From NCBI GenBank assembly GCA_013361335.1, contig JABFYH010000003.1, forward strand, positions 4,217-68,216: a DNA stretch of 64,000 nucleotides, given 5' to 3'. Source of the DNA: Gemmatimonadaceae bacterium (GTDB taxonomy: Bacteria; Gemmatimonadota; Gemmatimonadetes; Gemmatimonadales; Gemmatimonadaceae). Shown here piece by piece: positions 1 to 9,957 of this stretch. The position numbers and the translations under genes are program-made. Numbering within the stretch: position 1 is the stretch's first letter; each line of letters opens with the position of its first letter. Below the pieces are notes generated by a model. That model worked only from the letters and a program-made list of their open reading frames with translations, was not told the origin of the DNA and did no database searches.

Positions 1-2062
1 CATCAAGAGCTACCGCATCGCCGATGCGGTGGTGCGCAAGCTCGCGCTGTACGTGAAGCCCAAGCACGTCGCCGATTCCGCCATGTTCTCGAACTTCACG
101 GTGGCGGACCGGTTCGTCCCGGGGACCTACACCCTCGACGTGGAGAAGGACGGTCGCCGTTGGACGCTGAGCCTCATCGACGCCCCCTTCACCGAGAGCG
201 GCGCCGCCGGCGATTCGATCGGGCGGAAGGTCGGCCTGCGGTGGCAGCCGTCGGCGGCGACGCTGTCCCGCTTCTCCAACAAGAAGGTCGACTTCACCGT
301 CGCCACGCCGCGCGAGACGTCGATCGAGCTGATGAAGCGGCTCGATGCCCGCCTGCCCGAGCGGAGCCCGATGCTGGGCCTCACCCTCCAGGACCCGAAC
401 CCCCAGCTCGCCGCGCGCACCCTGAACACCTGGGTCGAGGAGTACGTGGCGGTGGCGGGTGAGCTCAAGCGGCGCAACCTGGTGGAGTTCGCGAACATTC
501 TCGGCGGACAGCTCAGCTTTGCCGAGAACTCGCTGCGCAGCGCCGAAGCGGCGCTGGAAGGCTTCCGCATTCACACGATCACCCTCCCCGCCGAGGGCGG
601 GCCGGTGCAGCCGGGCGTGGAGATGTCGCGGGATCCGGTGCTCAAGAGCTACTTCGATCGGAAGATCGAGTACGATAACCTGCGCAACGATCGCGAGGCG
701 CTCGAGAGAGTGCTGGCCAATGCGCAGAACGGCACGGTGCCGTACGAGTCGCTGCTGCTCATCCCGAGCGTGTCGAACAATCCGGGGGCGTCGGGTCTGC
801 GCAGCTCGTTCGAGGAGCTCAACAAGCGGCAGTCGGAGCTCAACGCCGCACGGCAGATCTATACTGACGCGTTTCCTCAGGTGCGCGACCTGGCGGGAGT
901 GGTCCAGACGCTCAAGACGAAGACGATTCCCGCGCAGGCGAACGCCCTTCTCACGCAGCTGCGGGAGCGCGAGGGCGACTACGATCGCCGCATCCGCGGC
1001 GCGTCGTCGGATCTCCAGCAGATCCCAGCCCGGACGATCGAGGAGATGCGGCTGCGTCGCGCCGTGGCGGTGTCGGAGGGGCTGTACACGACCCTCAAGA
1101 GCCGGTACGCGGAGGCCAAGCTCGCCGAGGCCAGCGCGACGCCGGACGTGAACATCATGGACTCGGCCATCGCGCCTCTCAATCCGACCAAGAACACGAC
1201 GCCGCGCATCATGCTCATGGCGGTGCTGGGCGGCCTTGCCGCCGCGGTCGCCCTGGCGCTGCTGCTGGACAAGATCGACGGACGGATCCGCTACCCCGAT
1301 CAGGCGACGAACGAGCTCGGCCTGCCGATCGCCGCGACCGTGCCGCTGTTCCCGAAGGGCAACGGCGGCCATCACTCGACGGAGCAGGTGAGCCAGCTCG
1401 TGGAGTCCTTCCGAACGCTCCGGATGAACGTGCTCAACTCGGCCGGCGGCCGGGTCACGCTCGCCGTGTCCAGCCCTTCACCGGGCGACGGCAAGTCGTT
1501 CATCTCGTCGAACCTGGCGATGTCGTTCGCCGATGCCGGCTTCCGGACGCTGCTCGTGGACGGGGACACCAGGCGCGGGATCCTACATGAGATCTTCGGC
1601 CTCCCCCGGACCTCGGGGCTGACCGACTATCTGGCCGGCCACGTCGATCAGCAGGCGATCATTCATGCCACGAACCACGACAAGCTGTCCATCATCCCGA
1701 GCGGCAACCCGCGGAAGCGGAGCCCGGAGCTGCTGACGTCGCCGCTGCTGGGGCGGCTGATCGCCGACCTCAAGGCGCGGTACGACGTCGTCATCTTCGA
1801 CACCCCACCGTTGGCGGCGGGGATCGACGGCTACGCGATCGCCGCGGCCACGGGGAGCCTGCTCGTCGTCATCCGGATCGGTCAGACGGCGAAGCGCATG
1901 GCGGCCGCAAAGCTCCTGCTCGTGGACCGGCTGCCGATCAGCGTCGTGGGGACCGTGCTGAACGCCGTCCCCTCCACGGGGGAGTACGAGTACTACGGGT
2001 ACGTCTCGGGGTACGGCACGGAGGATCTGGAGCCGGGCAAGCAGGTCGCGCAGATCTCCTAG
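1..2062 (+). CDS. Polysaccharide co-polymerase (Wzz/GumC-like) fused to BY-type tyrosine autokinase; 5' end outside window
   Basis: The frame is open from nt 2, with no stop before the GTG at 29. Only the second PCP transmembrane helix (IMLMAVLGGLAAAVALALLL) is present, so the N-terminus lies upstream. Walker A SPSPGDGKSF, Walker A' LLVDGDTRRG, Walker B DVVIFDTPP, C-terminal Tyr cluster YEYYGYVSGYG. Confidence 0.85.
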   Translation, partial: IKSYRIADAVVRKLALYVKPKHVADSAMFSNFTVADRFVPGTYTLDVEKDGRRWTLSLIDAPFTESGAAGDSIGRKVGLRWQPSAATLSRFSNKKVDFTVATPRETSIELMKRLDARLPERSPMLGLTLQDPNPQLAARTLNTWVEEYVAVAGELKRRNLVEFANILGGQLSFAENSLRSAEAALEGFRIHTITLPAEGGPVQPGVEMSRDPVLKSYFDRKIEYDNLRNDREALERVLANAQNGTVPYESLLLIPSVSNNPGASGLRSSFEELNKRQSELNAARQIYTDAFPQVRDLAGVVQTLKTKTIPAQANALLTQLREREGDYDRRIRGASSDLQQIPARTIEEMRLRRAVAVSEGLYTTLKSRYAEAKLAEASATPDVNIMDSAIAPLNPTKNTTPRIMLMAVLGGLAAAVALALLLDKIDGRIRYPDQATNELGLPIAATVPLFPKGNGGHHSTEQVSQLVESFRTLRMNVLNSAGGRVTLAVSSPSPGDGKSFISSNLAMSFADAGFRTLLVDGDTRRGILHEIFGLPRTSGLTDYLAGHVDQQAIIHATNHDKLSIIPSGNPRKRSPELLTSPLLGRLIADLKARYDVVIFDTPPLAAGIDGYAIAAATGSLLVVIRIGQTAKRMAAAKLLLVDRLPISVVGTVLNAVPSTGEYEYYGYVSGYGTEDLEPGKQVAQIS

Positions 2063-2087
2063 CCTCATCCGTCCCATTGAGGCCTCA

Positions 2088-2129
2088 GCGCGGCGAGTTC
2101 TCCCCCGGAGCTCGCCGCGCTCCCTTTTT
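2088..2129 (+). terminator. Rho-independent terminator after the Wzz/BY-kinase gene
   Basis: 13-bp stem (2088-2100 pairs with 2108-2120, one G-U) and a 7-nt loop, followed by TCCCTTTTT (T-run 2125-2129). It starts 26 nt after the stop at 2062. Confidence 0.65.
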
Positions 2130-2412
2130 GCATTAGGGCTGTGACGCGGCTGGCATGAGGCCGATGGGCTGGATGGCCCGCTGTTGCGGTCACGCTGAAT
2201 TCTGTGGACCCCGAGCAACAACCGAGGGGCGGGCCCACGCGACCGGGAGGGGAGGGGGGATTTTCAAGTATATGATTCGTAACGAGTTACTGGATAGCAA
2301 CCATAACGGGATGCTGAGCACGCAGAGTGCACAGGGAGTGATCCAAGTCACGGGTGTCCGGCCCACCACGGGCCAGCGCTCAACCCAACGGTTCGACGGA
2401 GAATCGGAGATT

Positions 2413-3240
2413 ATGCACGGAGCGGTATCAGCAGCGCTCGAGTCGACGACTGCCACGCGCACGGGGCGGAAGTCGCGTCCGGCCCGGATCAGCGGGGCAG
2501 AGAGCGCACAGGTTCTCGAGATCGCGCGAGACCTGCAGGTCGTCCCCTTCGCCGATCTGGCGGTCCCGGCGCCGGTGGTGGAGCAGGTGCTCCCGCGCGA
2601 GCGGTCCGAGGTCCTGAGCCGGGGACTGAACATCGTGATGGCCACCATCGGGCTCATCCTCGCGTCTCCGCTGATCCTGCTCATCGCCATCGCGATCAAG
2701 CTGACCTCCCGCGGCCCCGTCCTCTATTCGCAGTCTCGCGTCGGGGTCGATCGCCGCGGACGCTTCGGCAAGGCCGACGAGCGCCGGGTCTACGACCTCG
2801 GCGGCCGGCCGTTCACGATGTACAAGTTCCGCACGATGCACGTGAACGCCGAGGCCGACGGCCGCGCCGTGTGGGCCAAGAAGGTCGATCCGCGCGTCAC
2901 GCTCGTGGGCGGGGTGCTCCGCCGCACGCGCCTCGACGAGCTGCCGCAGCTCTACAATGTCCTGCGCGGCGACATGAACATCGTCGGCCCTCGGCCCGAG
3001 CGCCCCACGATCTTCGCCGACCTGCGCGACAACATCCCCGAGTACCCCATGCGTCAGCGCGTCAAGCCGGGCATCACGGGGTGGGCACAGATCAACCAGT
3101 GCTACGACGTCTCCATGGATTGCGTGCGCGAGAAGGTCCGCTACGATCTGGAGTACCTGCGGCGTCAGAGCATCGCGGAAGACCTGCGGATCATGACGAT
3201 GACGGTTCCGGTCATGCTTTTCCGGAAGGGCGGTTGGTGA
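2413..3240 (+). CDS. Priming sugar transferase (polyprenyl-phosphate hexose-1-phosphate transferase, bacterial sugar transferase family)
   Basis: One TM (LNIVMATIGLILASPLILLIAIAIKL), then the conserved core GPVLYSQSRVG, FTMYKFRTM, DELPQLYNVLRGDMNIVGPRPERP, KPGITGWAQI. The stop is firm. The start is uncertain: ATG 2413 is chosen, with alternatives ATG 2272 and GTG 2575. The ORF-track start 2155 lies 25 nt after a terminator, and GC3 is low up to about 2410. Confidence 0.85.
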   Translation: MHGAVSAALESTTATRTGRKSRPARISGAESAQVLEIARDLQVVPFADLAVPAPVVEQVLPRERSEVLSRGLNIVMATIGLILASPLILLIAIAIKLTSRGPVLYSQSRVGVDRRGRFGKADERRVYDLGGRPFTMYKFRTMHVNAEADGRAVWAKKVDPRVTLVGGVLRRTRLDELPQLYNVLRGDMNIVGPRPERPTIFADLRDNIPEYPMRQRVKPGITGWAQINQCYDVSMDCVREKVRYDLEYLRRQSIAEDLRIMTMTVPVMLFRKGGW

Positions 3241-3281
3241 ACCTCCCGTCCGTGTAGGTTGGTAGGCTGCCGGGACCACAG

Positions 3282-3304
3282 GGCGCCGTTGTCGGGCGCC
3301 TTTT
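3282..3304 (+). terminator. Weak candidate terminator after the sugar transferase
   Basis: GGCGCC (3282-3287) pairs with GGCGCC (3295-3300) across a 7-nt loop, then TTTTGTGTGTT. The stem is only 6 bp. Confidence 0.3.
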
Positions 3305-3427
3305 GTGTGTTGTGCAGCCGGCGCCCACGGTGAGTATTCGTCTGGTGCCTGTCCTATCCGCTGGTTTCCCGTGAGCGCCTCCCGCGTCCCTGTTCAGTCA
3401 GCTCGGTCTTCGCGTACCGAGGTCCCG

Positions 3428-4576
3428 GTGGCCGGCGTCCGGCCTCGGGTCACGGTCGCGTTCGTGATCGACAACATGCGCCTGGGTGGCACGGAGCTGA
3501 ATGCCGTGCGCACCGCCGAACGCCTGGACCCGAGCCGCTTCGACCTGCGGATGTTCTGCCTGAACGCGAACGGCCCACTGGCCGATCGGTACCGCGCGCT
3601 CGGGGTGCCGGTGACCGAGCTGCCCATCCGCAGCCTGTACGGCCCCTCTATGGTGTCGACGGGGCTCCGGTTCGTCCGCGAGCTGCGCCGGCAGGGCGTG
3701 CAGGTCGTCCACGCTCACGACATGTACAGCAACATCTTCGCGTCGCTCTGGGGACGCGTCGCGCGCGTGCCGGTCGTCATCACGAGCCGCCGCTGGTGGC
3801 ACACCTGCCCGAACCGGAAGCTGCGGGCGGGGAACCGCGTCGCCTTCCGGCTGTCGGACGCCGTGCTGGCCAACAGCGCGGCCGTCGCCCGCTCGGTCCA
3901 CGAGGAGGCGGGGATCGCGCCGGCCGACGTGTGGACGGTGTCGAACTTCGCCGACGACAGTGCCTTCGAGCCGCTGGCGCCCGCCGAGCGTGCTCTGCTC
4001 CGCCGCGGGTGGCGCGTACCGCAGGATGCGCTGGTCGTGGGCTGTGTCGCCCGGCTGGACCCGTTGAAGGACCACGCCACCCTGCTGCGCGCGATCGCGT
4101 CGCTCCGGACGACCGGGCGCCGCGTGCATCTCGTGCTGATCGGGGACGGTGAGCTTCGGCGTCCCCTCGAGCAGCTGGCGGCCGACCTCGACATCGGCGA
4201 CGCGGTGACCTTCGTCGGCGAGGTTCGCGACGGTCGGAATCATCACCGCGGCTTCGACGTCTCGGCGCTCTGCTCCCTCAGCGAGGGCTTTCCGAACACT
4301 CTCGTCGAAGCGATGGCGGGTGGACGTCCGGTCGTGGCCACGGCCGTCGGTGGAAGTGTGGACGCCGTCGTCGACGGCGAGACCGGCCTGCTCGTCCCGC
4401 CGAGCGCGGCCGACGACCTGGCGGCGGCGCTTGCGCGCCTGCTGGACGATCCCGAGGCGCGGTCGCGGATGGGCCGCGCCGGTTACGAGCGCGCGCGACG
4501 CTTGTACGGCGCGCAGCAGACCGTTGCCGGCCTCGAAGGGATGTACGACGCGCTCCTTGCCAGGAGCGCCCGGTGA
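3428..4576 (+). CDS. Glycosyltransferase family 4 (GT-B)
   Basis: N-terminal VAFVIDNMRLGGTE and C-terminal SEGFPNTLVEAMAGGRPVVATAVGGSVDAVVDGETGLLV. GTG 3428 is preceded by GAGG (3419-3422). The longer ORF-track start 3305 abuts the putative terminator. Confidence 0.8.
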   Translation: MAGVRPRVTVAFVIDNMRLGGTELNAVRTAERLDPSRFDLRMFCLNANGPLADRYRALGVPVTELPIRSLYGPSMVSTGLRFVRELRRQGVQVVHAHDMYSNIFASLWGRVARVPVVITSRRWWHTCPNRKLRAGNRVAFRLSDAVLANSAAVARSVHEEAGIAPADVWTVSNFADDSAFEPLAPAERALLRRGWRVPQDALVVGCVARLDPLKDHATLLRAIASLRTTGRRVHLVLIGDGELRRPLEQLAADLDIGDAVTFVGEVRDGRNHHRGFDVSALCSLSEGFPNTLVEAMAGGRPVVATAVGGSVDAVVDGETGLLVPPSAADDLAAALARLLDDPEARSRMGRAGYERARRLYGAQQTVAGLEGMYDALLARSAR

Positions 4577-5967
4577 CGGCGCCGATCATCCGGCGCCGGT
4601 CGGTCGGCGGCGCGAGCAAGCCGGCTGTCCCGGCGGGGCAGCCCGAGCGGGGCGCGCCCTTGCTGGCGGGACTCGAGTGGAGTCCCTCCTTCGTCGCCTT
4701 CCTGGTGTACGTATTCGTGATCACGACGTACCGGGTGCCCGTGGGCACGGCGGCGATGAGCGTGGCGCTCCTCGCCCTGCCGCTCGAGCCGCGTACGCTG
4801 CGGCTTCCCCCCTTCGTGCTGTGCCTCGCTGCCCTCCTCGGCTGGGCCTTCATCGGCTGGAGCACGTCGGAGTACCCGACGCTCGTCTGGGACCATCTCG
4901 TCGACTTCTCCAAGATCGTCGCCGTGGTCTTCGTCGCGGTCAACGTGCTCACGACGCGCGCCCGTCTCCGATTCTTCCTGCTCGCGTATCTGGCGTTCTT
5001 CGCCTTCTATCCGGTGCGCGGCGCGTTGTTCAACTACTTCCTGTATGGCGGCACCATGGGCGGCCGGGCGGTGTGGAACTACAGCTACTCCAACCCGAAC
5101 GATCTCGCCGGGATGTGTCTGCTGTTCGTGGCGCTGGCGGCCGGGGCGCTCGTCACCGAGCGGACGCGCTGGATCCGCCTGTGCGCGCTGGCGGGCGTCA
5201 TCGTCCTGCCCTTCCTGATCGTCCTCACGCAGTCCCGGGGCGCGTTCGTCGCCCTGCTCGCCTTCGGGGCGATCGCGCTCAAGGACCAGTGGCGGCGCGG
5301 GCGCATGCTCCTGCTGACCGCCGCGGCGATCGTCGCGGTGCTCGTCGCCGCGCCCGACTCCGTCTGGCGCCGGCTCGGCACGCTCAAGGAGGTCGCTCGG
5401 CAGGACGAGCGCGTGCAGGTGGCCGACGAAGGATCGGCGGAGCAGCGGCTGGAGATCTGGAAGGTCGCTCGCGCGATGATCGCCGATCAGCCGATGACGG
5501 GCGTCGGGTTGGGCGCGTACCCGGAAGCGCACTACATCTACGCGCAGCGGCCGGAGTTCAACCCGACGGCCCGGGGCAAGCGCGACACCCACAGCACGTA
5601 CCTGAACATCCTGGCCGAGATGGGACTTCCGGGGCTGATCCTGTTCGGCCTCGTCGTCGCGCTGCCCCTGATGAAGGCGGAGCAGGTGCGCCGCCGGATC
5701 AAGGCGACCCACCCCGCGCGGGCGCAGCAGCTCCGGTACTTCGTGCTCGGCATGATCGGCTATCTGGTGGCCGGCATCTGGGGCTCGTACGGGGCGCTCG
5801 TTCCCACCTATCTCTATCTGTCGCTCGTGTTCGTGGCCGCGTTGGTGCTGCAGGAGCGGGAGCTGCCCCTGCGTCGTAGTCTCCGGTTGGGAAGCCGAGG
5901 CCGCGCGCGATCGGCTGCGACGGCGACGGCGACGGCGACGCCCATCGTTCGCCGGACGGTGCGCTGA
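4573..5967 (+). CDS. O-antigen polymerase/ligase family membrane protein (Wzy-like)
   Basis: Polytopic, with about 10 hydrophobic segments. Wzy_C-type block LTQSRGAFVALLAFGAIAL and a loop EQRLEIWKVARAMIADQPMTGVGLGAYPE. The GTG start overlaps the upstream stop (GTGA). Confidence 0.7.
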   Translation: MTAPIIRRRSVGGASKPAVPAGQPERGAPLLAGLEWSPSFVAFLVYVFVITTYRVPVGTAAMSVALLALPLEPRTLRLPPFVLCLAALLGWAFIGWSTSEYPTLVWDHLVDFSKIVAVVFVAVNVLTTRARLRFFLLAYLAFFAFYPVRGALFNYFLYGGTMGGRAVWNYSYSNPNDLAGMCLLFVALAAGALVTERTRWIRLCALAGVIVLPFLIVLTQSRGAFVALLAFGAIALKDQWRRGRMLLLTAAAIVAVLVAAPDSVWRRLGTLKEVARQDERVQVADEGSAEQRLEIWKVARAMIADQPMTGVGLGAYPEAHYIYAQRPEFNPTARGKRDTHSTYLNILAEMGLPGLILFGLVVALPLMKAEQVRRRIKATHPARAQQLRYFVLGMIGYLVAGIWGSYGALVPTYLYLSLVFVAALVLQERELPLRRSLRLGSRGRARSAATATATATPIVRRTVR

Positions 5968-7826
5968 TGTGCGGGATCGCCGGTTACGCCGGCCGCTCGC
6001 GCTCGGCCGAGCGCGCCGAGGCGGACCTTGGCGCGATGTGCGCCGCCATCCGTCATCGCGGGCCTGACGAGGAAGGCCATCACGTCGGTCCGGGCGTCGC
6101 GCTCGGAATGCGCCGGCTCAGCGTGATCGACGTGCTGGGTGGATCGCAGCCCATCGCCAACGAGCGCGGCGACGTGCACGTGGTGTTCAACGGTGAGATC
6201 TACAATCACCACGCCATCCGTGCGCGCCTGGCGCCTCGCCACGTCTTCCGGACGCGCAGTGACACCGAAGTGCTCGTCCATCTGTACGAGGAGATGGGCG
6301 ACGCGATGGTCGACGAGCTGCGCGGCATGTTCGCCTTCGCCATCTGGGACGACCGCACGCGCCGCCTCACCGTCGCGCGCGACCGGCTCGGCATCAAGCC
6401 GCTCTACTACTGGCAGACCGCCGACGGCGTCGCCTTCGCGTCCGAGCTGCGCTCCTTTCTCGCGCTGGAGGAGTTCCCGCGGGAGATCGACGCCGACGCG
6501 GTGCGCGAGTATCTGGCGCTCGGATACGTGCCCGACCCGTCGTGCATCTTCCGCGGCGTGCGCAAGCTGCCGCCGGCGCATGTCCTCATCTGGAGCGCCG
6601 AGGAGGGGCTGAGCATCCGCCGGTTCTGGACGCCGGTCCGGCCGGAGTCCCCGATCGCCGACGAGCGGGAAGCGGTGGAGGAGCTCCGCCGTCTCCTTGC
6701 CGACGCGGTCGCGTCGCATCTCGAGTCGGACGTGCGCCTCGGCGCCTTTCTGTCGGGTGGGATCGACTCATCGACGGTGGTCGCGCAGATGGCGCGCCTC
6801 TCCGGCTCCACGGTCGAGACGTTCTCGATCGGATTCGAGGAGCCCGAGTTCAACGAGGCGCCGCACGCCGGCGCGGTTGCGCGCGCGCTCGGCACGAAGC
6901 ACACGGAGCTCATCGTCCGTCCCGAGGCCGATGCGCTGATCGAGCAGCTCGTCCGGACCTTCGACGAGCCCTTCGGCGACTCGTCGGCCCTGCCGACGAT
7001 GCTCGTCTCGGAGCTGGCGAGGCAGCACGTCACGGTCGCCCTTTCCGGCGACGGCGGGGACGAGCTGTTCGGCGGCTACACCCGCTACGGCGAGATGGAC
7101 GGGGCGCGTGAGATGTCGTCGCCGGTGACCCGCAGGCTCGTGCGGGCGGCGGCCGTCCGGTTGCCGCATTCCACCTTCGGGCGCAACCGGCTGTTGCACC
7201 TGTCGCGCGGGCGGCGAGGCCAGTACGCGGGCACGGTGGCGCATGCGCTGCCGGTGTCGGAAGGCGGGGTGCTCACCGAGGTGGATGAGGCGCTGTCGCT
7301 CGACCGGCTGCTCGACCGCTGGTTCGACCCCGCGGCCGACCGCGACTTCCTCACGCAGATGACGCTCGTGGATCTGGGCAGCTACCTCCCCGGCGACATC
7401 CTGACGAAGGTGGATCGCGCGAGCATGCGCGTCTCGCTCGAGGCGCGCGTGCCGCTGCTCGATCATCCGCTCGTGGAGTTCGCCGTGTCGCTGCCCGGAC
7501 GGGTCAAGCGGCGGGACGGTGTGGGGAAGTGGATCCTGCGCCAGGCGGTGACCGGCCTCGTGCCGGACAGCGTCTTCGCGCAGCCGAAGCGGGGATTCGG
7601 TGTGCCACTCGCGCAGTGGCTGCGTCGCGAGCTGCGGCACCGGTTGGAGACGCTGCTGCGCGCCGACCGCGCGGTGTACGAGCACGTGGATCGGGCGAGC
7701 GTGGCTCGTCTGGTGAACGAGCATCTGGCCGGCCGCCGGGACCACAGTCATTTCCTCTGGCGGCTGCTGGTGCTCGATCTGTGGCTGGCCGCGTTCGCGC
7801 GTGGGGAGCTGGCTCGTGCACTCTGA
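5967..7826 (+). CDS. asnB: Asparagine synthase (glutamine-hydrolysing) family amidotransferase, EPS-locus paralog 1
   Basis: N-terminal nucleophile MCGIAGY, a GATase-II domain, and PP-loop LSGGIDSSTV. The ATG shares one base with the upstream stop (TGATG). Confidence 0.9.
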   Translation: MCGIAGYAGRSRSAERAEADLGAMCAAIRHRGPDEEGHHVGPGVALGMRRLSVIDVLGGSQPIANERGDVHVVFNGEIYNHHAIRARLAPRHVFRTRSDTEVLVHLYEEMGDAMVDELRGMFAFAIWDDRTRRLTVARDRLGIKPLYYWQTADGVAFASELRSFLALEEFPREIDADAVREYLALGYVPDPSCIFRGVRKLPPAHVLIWSAEEGLSIRRFWTPVRPESPIADEREAVEELRRLLADAVASHLESDVRLGAFLSGGIDSSTVVAQMARLSGSTVETFSIGFEEPEFNEAPHAGAVARALGTKHTELIVRPEADALIEQLVRTFDEPFGDSSALPTMLVSELARQHVTVALSGDGGDELFGGYTRYGEMDGAREMSSPVTRRLVRAAAVRLPHSTFGRNRLLHLSRGRRGQYAGTVAHALPVSEGGVLTEVDEALSLDRLLDRWFDPAADRDFLTQMTLVDLGSYLPGDILTKVDRASMRVSLEARVPLLDHPLVEFAVSLPGRVKRRDGVGKWILRQAVTGLVPDSVFAQPKRGFGVPLAQWLRRELRHRLETLLRADRAVYEHVDRASVARLVNEHLAGRRDHSHFLWRLLVLDLWLAAFARGELARAL

Positions 7827-9066
7827 GCAGACCTCGCCGCGCGGCGCGCACGTCACGGGGCGCAGCTGGGGCGGGCTCACCGAACTGTGGCAGCGCCCGC
7901 GCGGCCAGCTGCCGGCGCTGGACGCGCTGCGGGCCGCGGCGGTGCTGCTCGTGATCGGGTCGCACTACACGGAGGAGTTCGCGGCCCGATACGCGCCCGT
8001 CGTCGCGGCGTCACGCTTTCGCGCCCTGCCGACGTTCAACTGGGGTTGGACCGGCGTCGACCTCTTCTTCGTCCTCAGCGGCTATCTGATCGGCCGCCAG
8101 CTCTGGCGGGAGCGGCTCGAGACGGGGACGGTGCGCTTCGGCCGGTTCATCCTCCGGCGCGGGTTCCGGATCTGGCCGCTCTACTTCTTCATGCTGCTCG
8201 CCTACGCCGTCACCGGCTATCTGCAGGTGAACGTCTGGGACGTGCTGTTCCTGTCGAACTACAAGTGGGGCGGGTTGAGCCGCGGGTGGTCGCTGTCGAC
8301 CGAGGAGCAGTTCTACATCATCGTGCCCCTGCTCCTCATTGCCACACGTCGAGTGCGGCGGCCCGCGGTGTATGCGTGGGGCATGGCGGGGCTGCTTGTG
8401 GCCGTGTGGCTGTCGCGATGGATGGCGCTTCAGGATTACGCGGCACGTGGGTTCACCGGCCGAGCCCTCTCGGACGCGCTCTACGCGCCGCTGCACCTGC
8501 ACTGCGAGCCATTGCTGGCCGGCCTGGCGATCGCGTTCGCCAGCGTCGTGCGGCCCGACTGGTTCCGCGCGAGCGCCGAGCGGCGGGGCGTGTCGAAGGT
8601 AGGGCTCGGCATCTTCGTCGGCGCGTCGGCGCTGGGGATCGCGTTGCGCACCCTGAACAAGAACGTCTTTCCATTCACGGCGCTGGGGCTCATCTATGGA
8701 TCCCTGGCGTTGTGGCTGATGCTCGATCGTTCCTGGATCCAGCGCGTCGCGTCATGGCGGGTGTTCTATCCCGTCTCGCGTCTGTCGTACGGGATGTACC
8801 TCAACCACTTCTACGTGCTGCCGAGCGTGACGGTATGGACGATCGCCGTCCTGCGGTCGCGCGGTGCGAGCGAGCCGCTGTGGTTTTTCGGCGGGCTGCT
8901 CGTTGGCGCGCTGGTCTCCATGCTCGTCGCCGCAGCGACCTTCCTGCTCGTGGAGCGGCCCTTCCTCCTCCTGCGCGACCGCTTGCTGGGGACGCGGCAC
9001 GTGAACGCCGCGCCGACGCACGCCGCGGAGCCGGCGCGGGGAGAGCCCGCCCCTGCGGTGGCCTGA
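7801..9066 (+). CDS. Acyltransferase family 3 (polysaccharide O-acyltransferase)
   Basis: LDALRAAAVLLVIGSHY, GVDLFFVLSGYLIG, WSLSTEEQFYI, and about 10 TM segments. The start is GTG 7801 or GTG 7816; both overlap the asnB 3' end. Confidence 0.8.
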   Translation: MGSWLVHSEQTSPRGAHVTGRSWGGLTELWQRPRGQLPALDALRAAAVLLVIGSHYTEEFAARYAPVVAASRFRALPTFNWGWTGVDLFFVLSGYLIGRQLWRERLETGTVRFGRFILRRGFRIWPLYFFMLLAYAVTGYLQVNVWDVLFLSNYKWGGLSRGWSLSTEEQFYIIVPLLLIATRRVRRPAVYAWGMAGLLVAVWLSRWMALQDYAARGFTGRALSDALYAPLHLHCEPLLAGLAIAFASVVRPDWFRASAERRGVSKVGLGIFVGASALGIALRTLNKNVFPFTALGLIYGSLALWLMLDRSWIQRVASWRVFYPVSRLSYGMYLNHFYVLPSVTVWTIAVLRSRGASEPLWFFGGLLVGALVSMLVAAATFLLVERPFLLLRDRLLGTRHVNAAPTHAAEPARGEPAPAVA

Positions 9067-9096
9067 GCGCCGCCATCGACCCCTTTCCGACTCGAC

Positions 9097-9957
9097 GTGA
9101 CTTCCACTGAACGTTCCATCGGCGCGTCGCGGTACTCTCTCGCATCCTGGCGTCCCGTGGCGGTGGACGACCTGATTCGGGTCGGGCGCGCACACGACGG
9201 CGGCTACGTCATCAGCCGGCGCTGCGTGGAGGCGTCGACGCTGCTCGTCGGCATGGGCATCAACGACGACTGGTCGTTCGAGCGCGATTTCCAACGGCTC
9301 AACCCGCGAGCCCGGGTCATCGGACTGGACGGGTCGGTGTCGCAGGAGATCTTCCGCAGCCGCGCCACGAACGCCTCGATGCTGGCGATGGGGTATTTCC
9401 TCCGCCTGAAGCGTTGGCGCATGACGGAGCAGCGCCAGGAGGCCGCCCGGTGGAACGAGCGGGCGCGCGACTTCGCGGCGTTCTTCAGCGGGGCCAACGT
9501 CTTCTACCAGAAGTTCGTTTCCGATGCAGACGACGACTCGCACTTGACGTGGTCCACGCTGCGCCGCATGGAGCCCGCGCTGGGGCGGGGCGAGACGCCG
9601 ACGACCTTCGTCAAGGTGGACATCGAGCGGAGCGAGTACCGCGTGCTTGGCGACATCCTCGCGGATGCGGCGCGCATCACCGGCCTCGCGATCGAGTTCC
9701 ACGAGTGCGACATCCTGTGGGCGCGCTTCGCCACGTTGATGGACCACATGCAGGAGCACTTCGCGGTGGTGCACATTCACGGCAACAACTGGTCGCGGTT
9801 GATCCCCGGCACGGCGTGTCCCGAGACGCTCGAGGTCTCGCTGGTGAATCGGGCCCTGCTGCCGGGAATATTGTCTCCAAGCAGGGCGAGCTATCCAATG
9901 CCGGGGCTCGACATGCCGAACAACCGAGAGAAGGGCGATTATCCCCTTGTCTTCTGA
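9097..9957 (+). CDS. Hypothetical protein, FkbM-like methyltransferase (tentative)
   Basis: The 286-aa ORF has a GTG start. FVKVDIERSEYRVLGDIL...ITGLAIEFHE resembles the FkbM-family K-I-D-x-E-G-x-E and E-x-H blocks. VGMGINDDWSFE sits where the SAM loop would be. The family call is tentative. Confidence 0.45.
   Translation: MTSTERSIGASRYSLASWRPVAVDDLIRVGRAHDGGYVISRRCVEASTLLVGMGINDDWSFERDFQRLNPRARVIGLDGSVSQEIFRSRATNASMLAMGYFLRLKRWRMTEQRQEAARWNERARDFAAFFSGANVFYQKFVSDADDDSHLTWSTLRRMEPALGRGETPTTFVKVDIERSEYRVLGDILADAARITGLAIEFHECDILWARFATLMDHMQEHFAVVHIHGNNWSRLIPGTACPETLEVSLVNRALLPGILSPSRASYPMPGLDMPNNREKGDYPLVF

Noticed and set aside
2245-2260. The G-rich tract GGGAGGGGAGGGGGGA, considered as a G-quadruplex or SD for an ATG at 2272.
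   Set aside because: There are only three separated G-runs, so a canonical four-run G4 is not supported. As an SD it lies 11 nt or more from ATG 2272, and the following ~45 codons have atypically low GC3.
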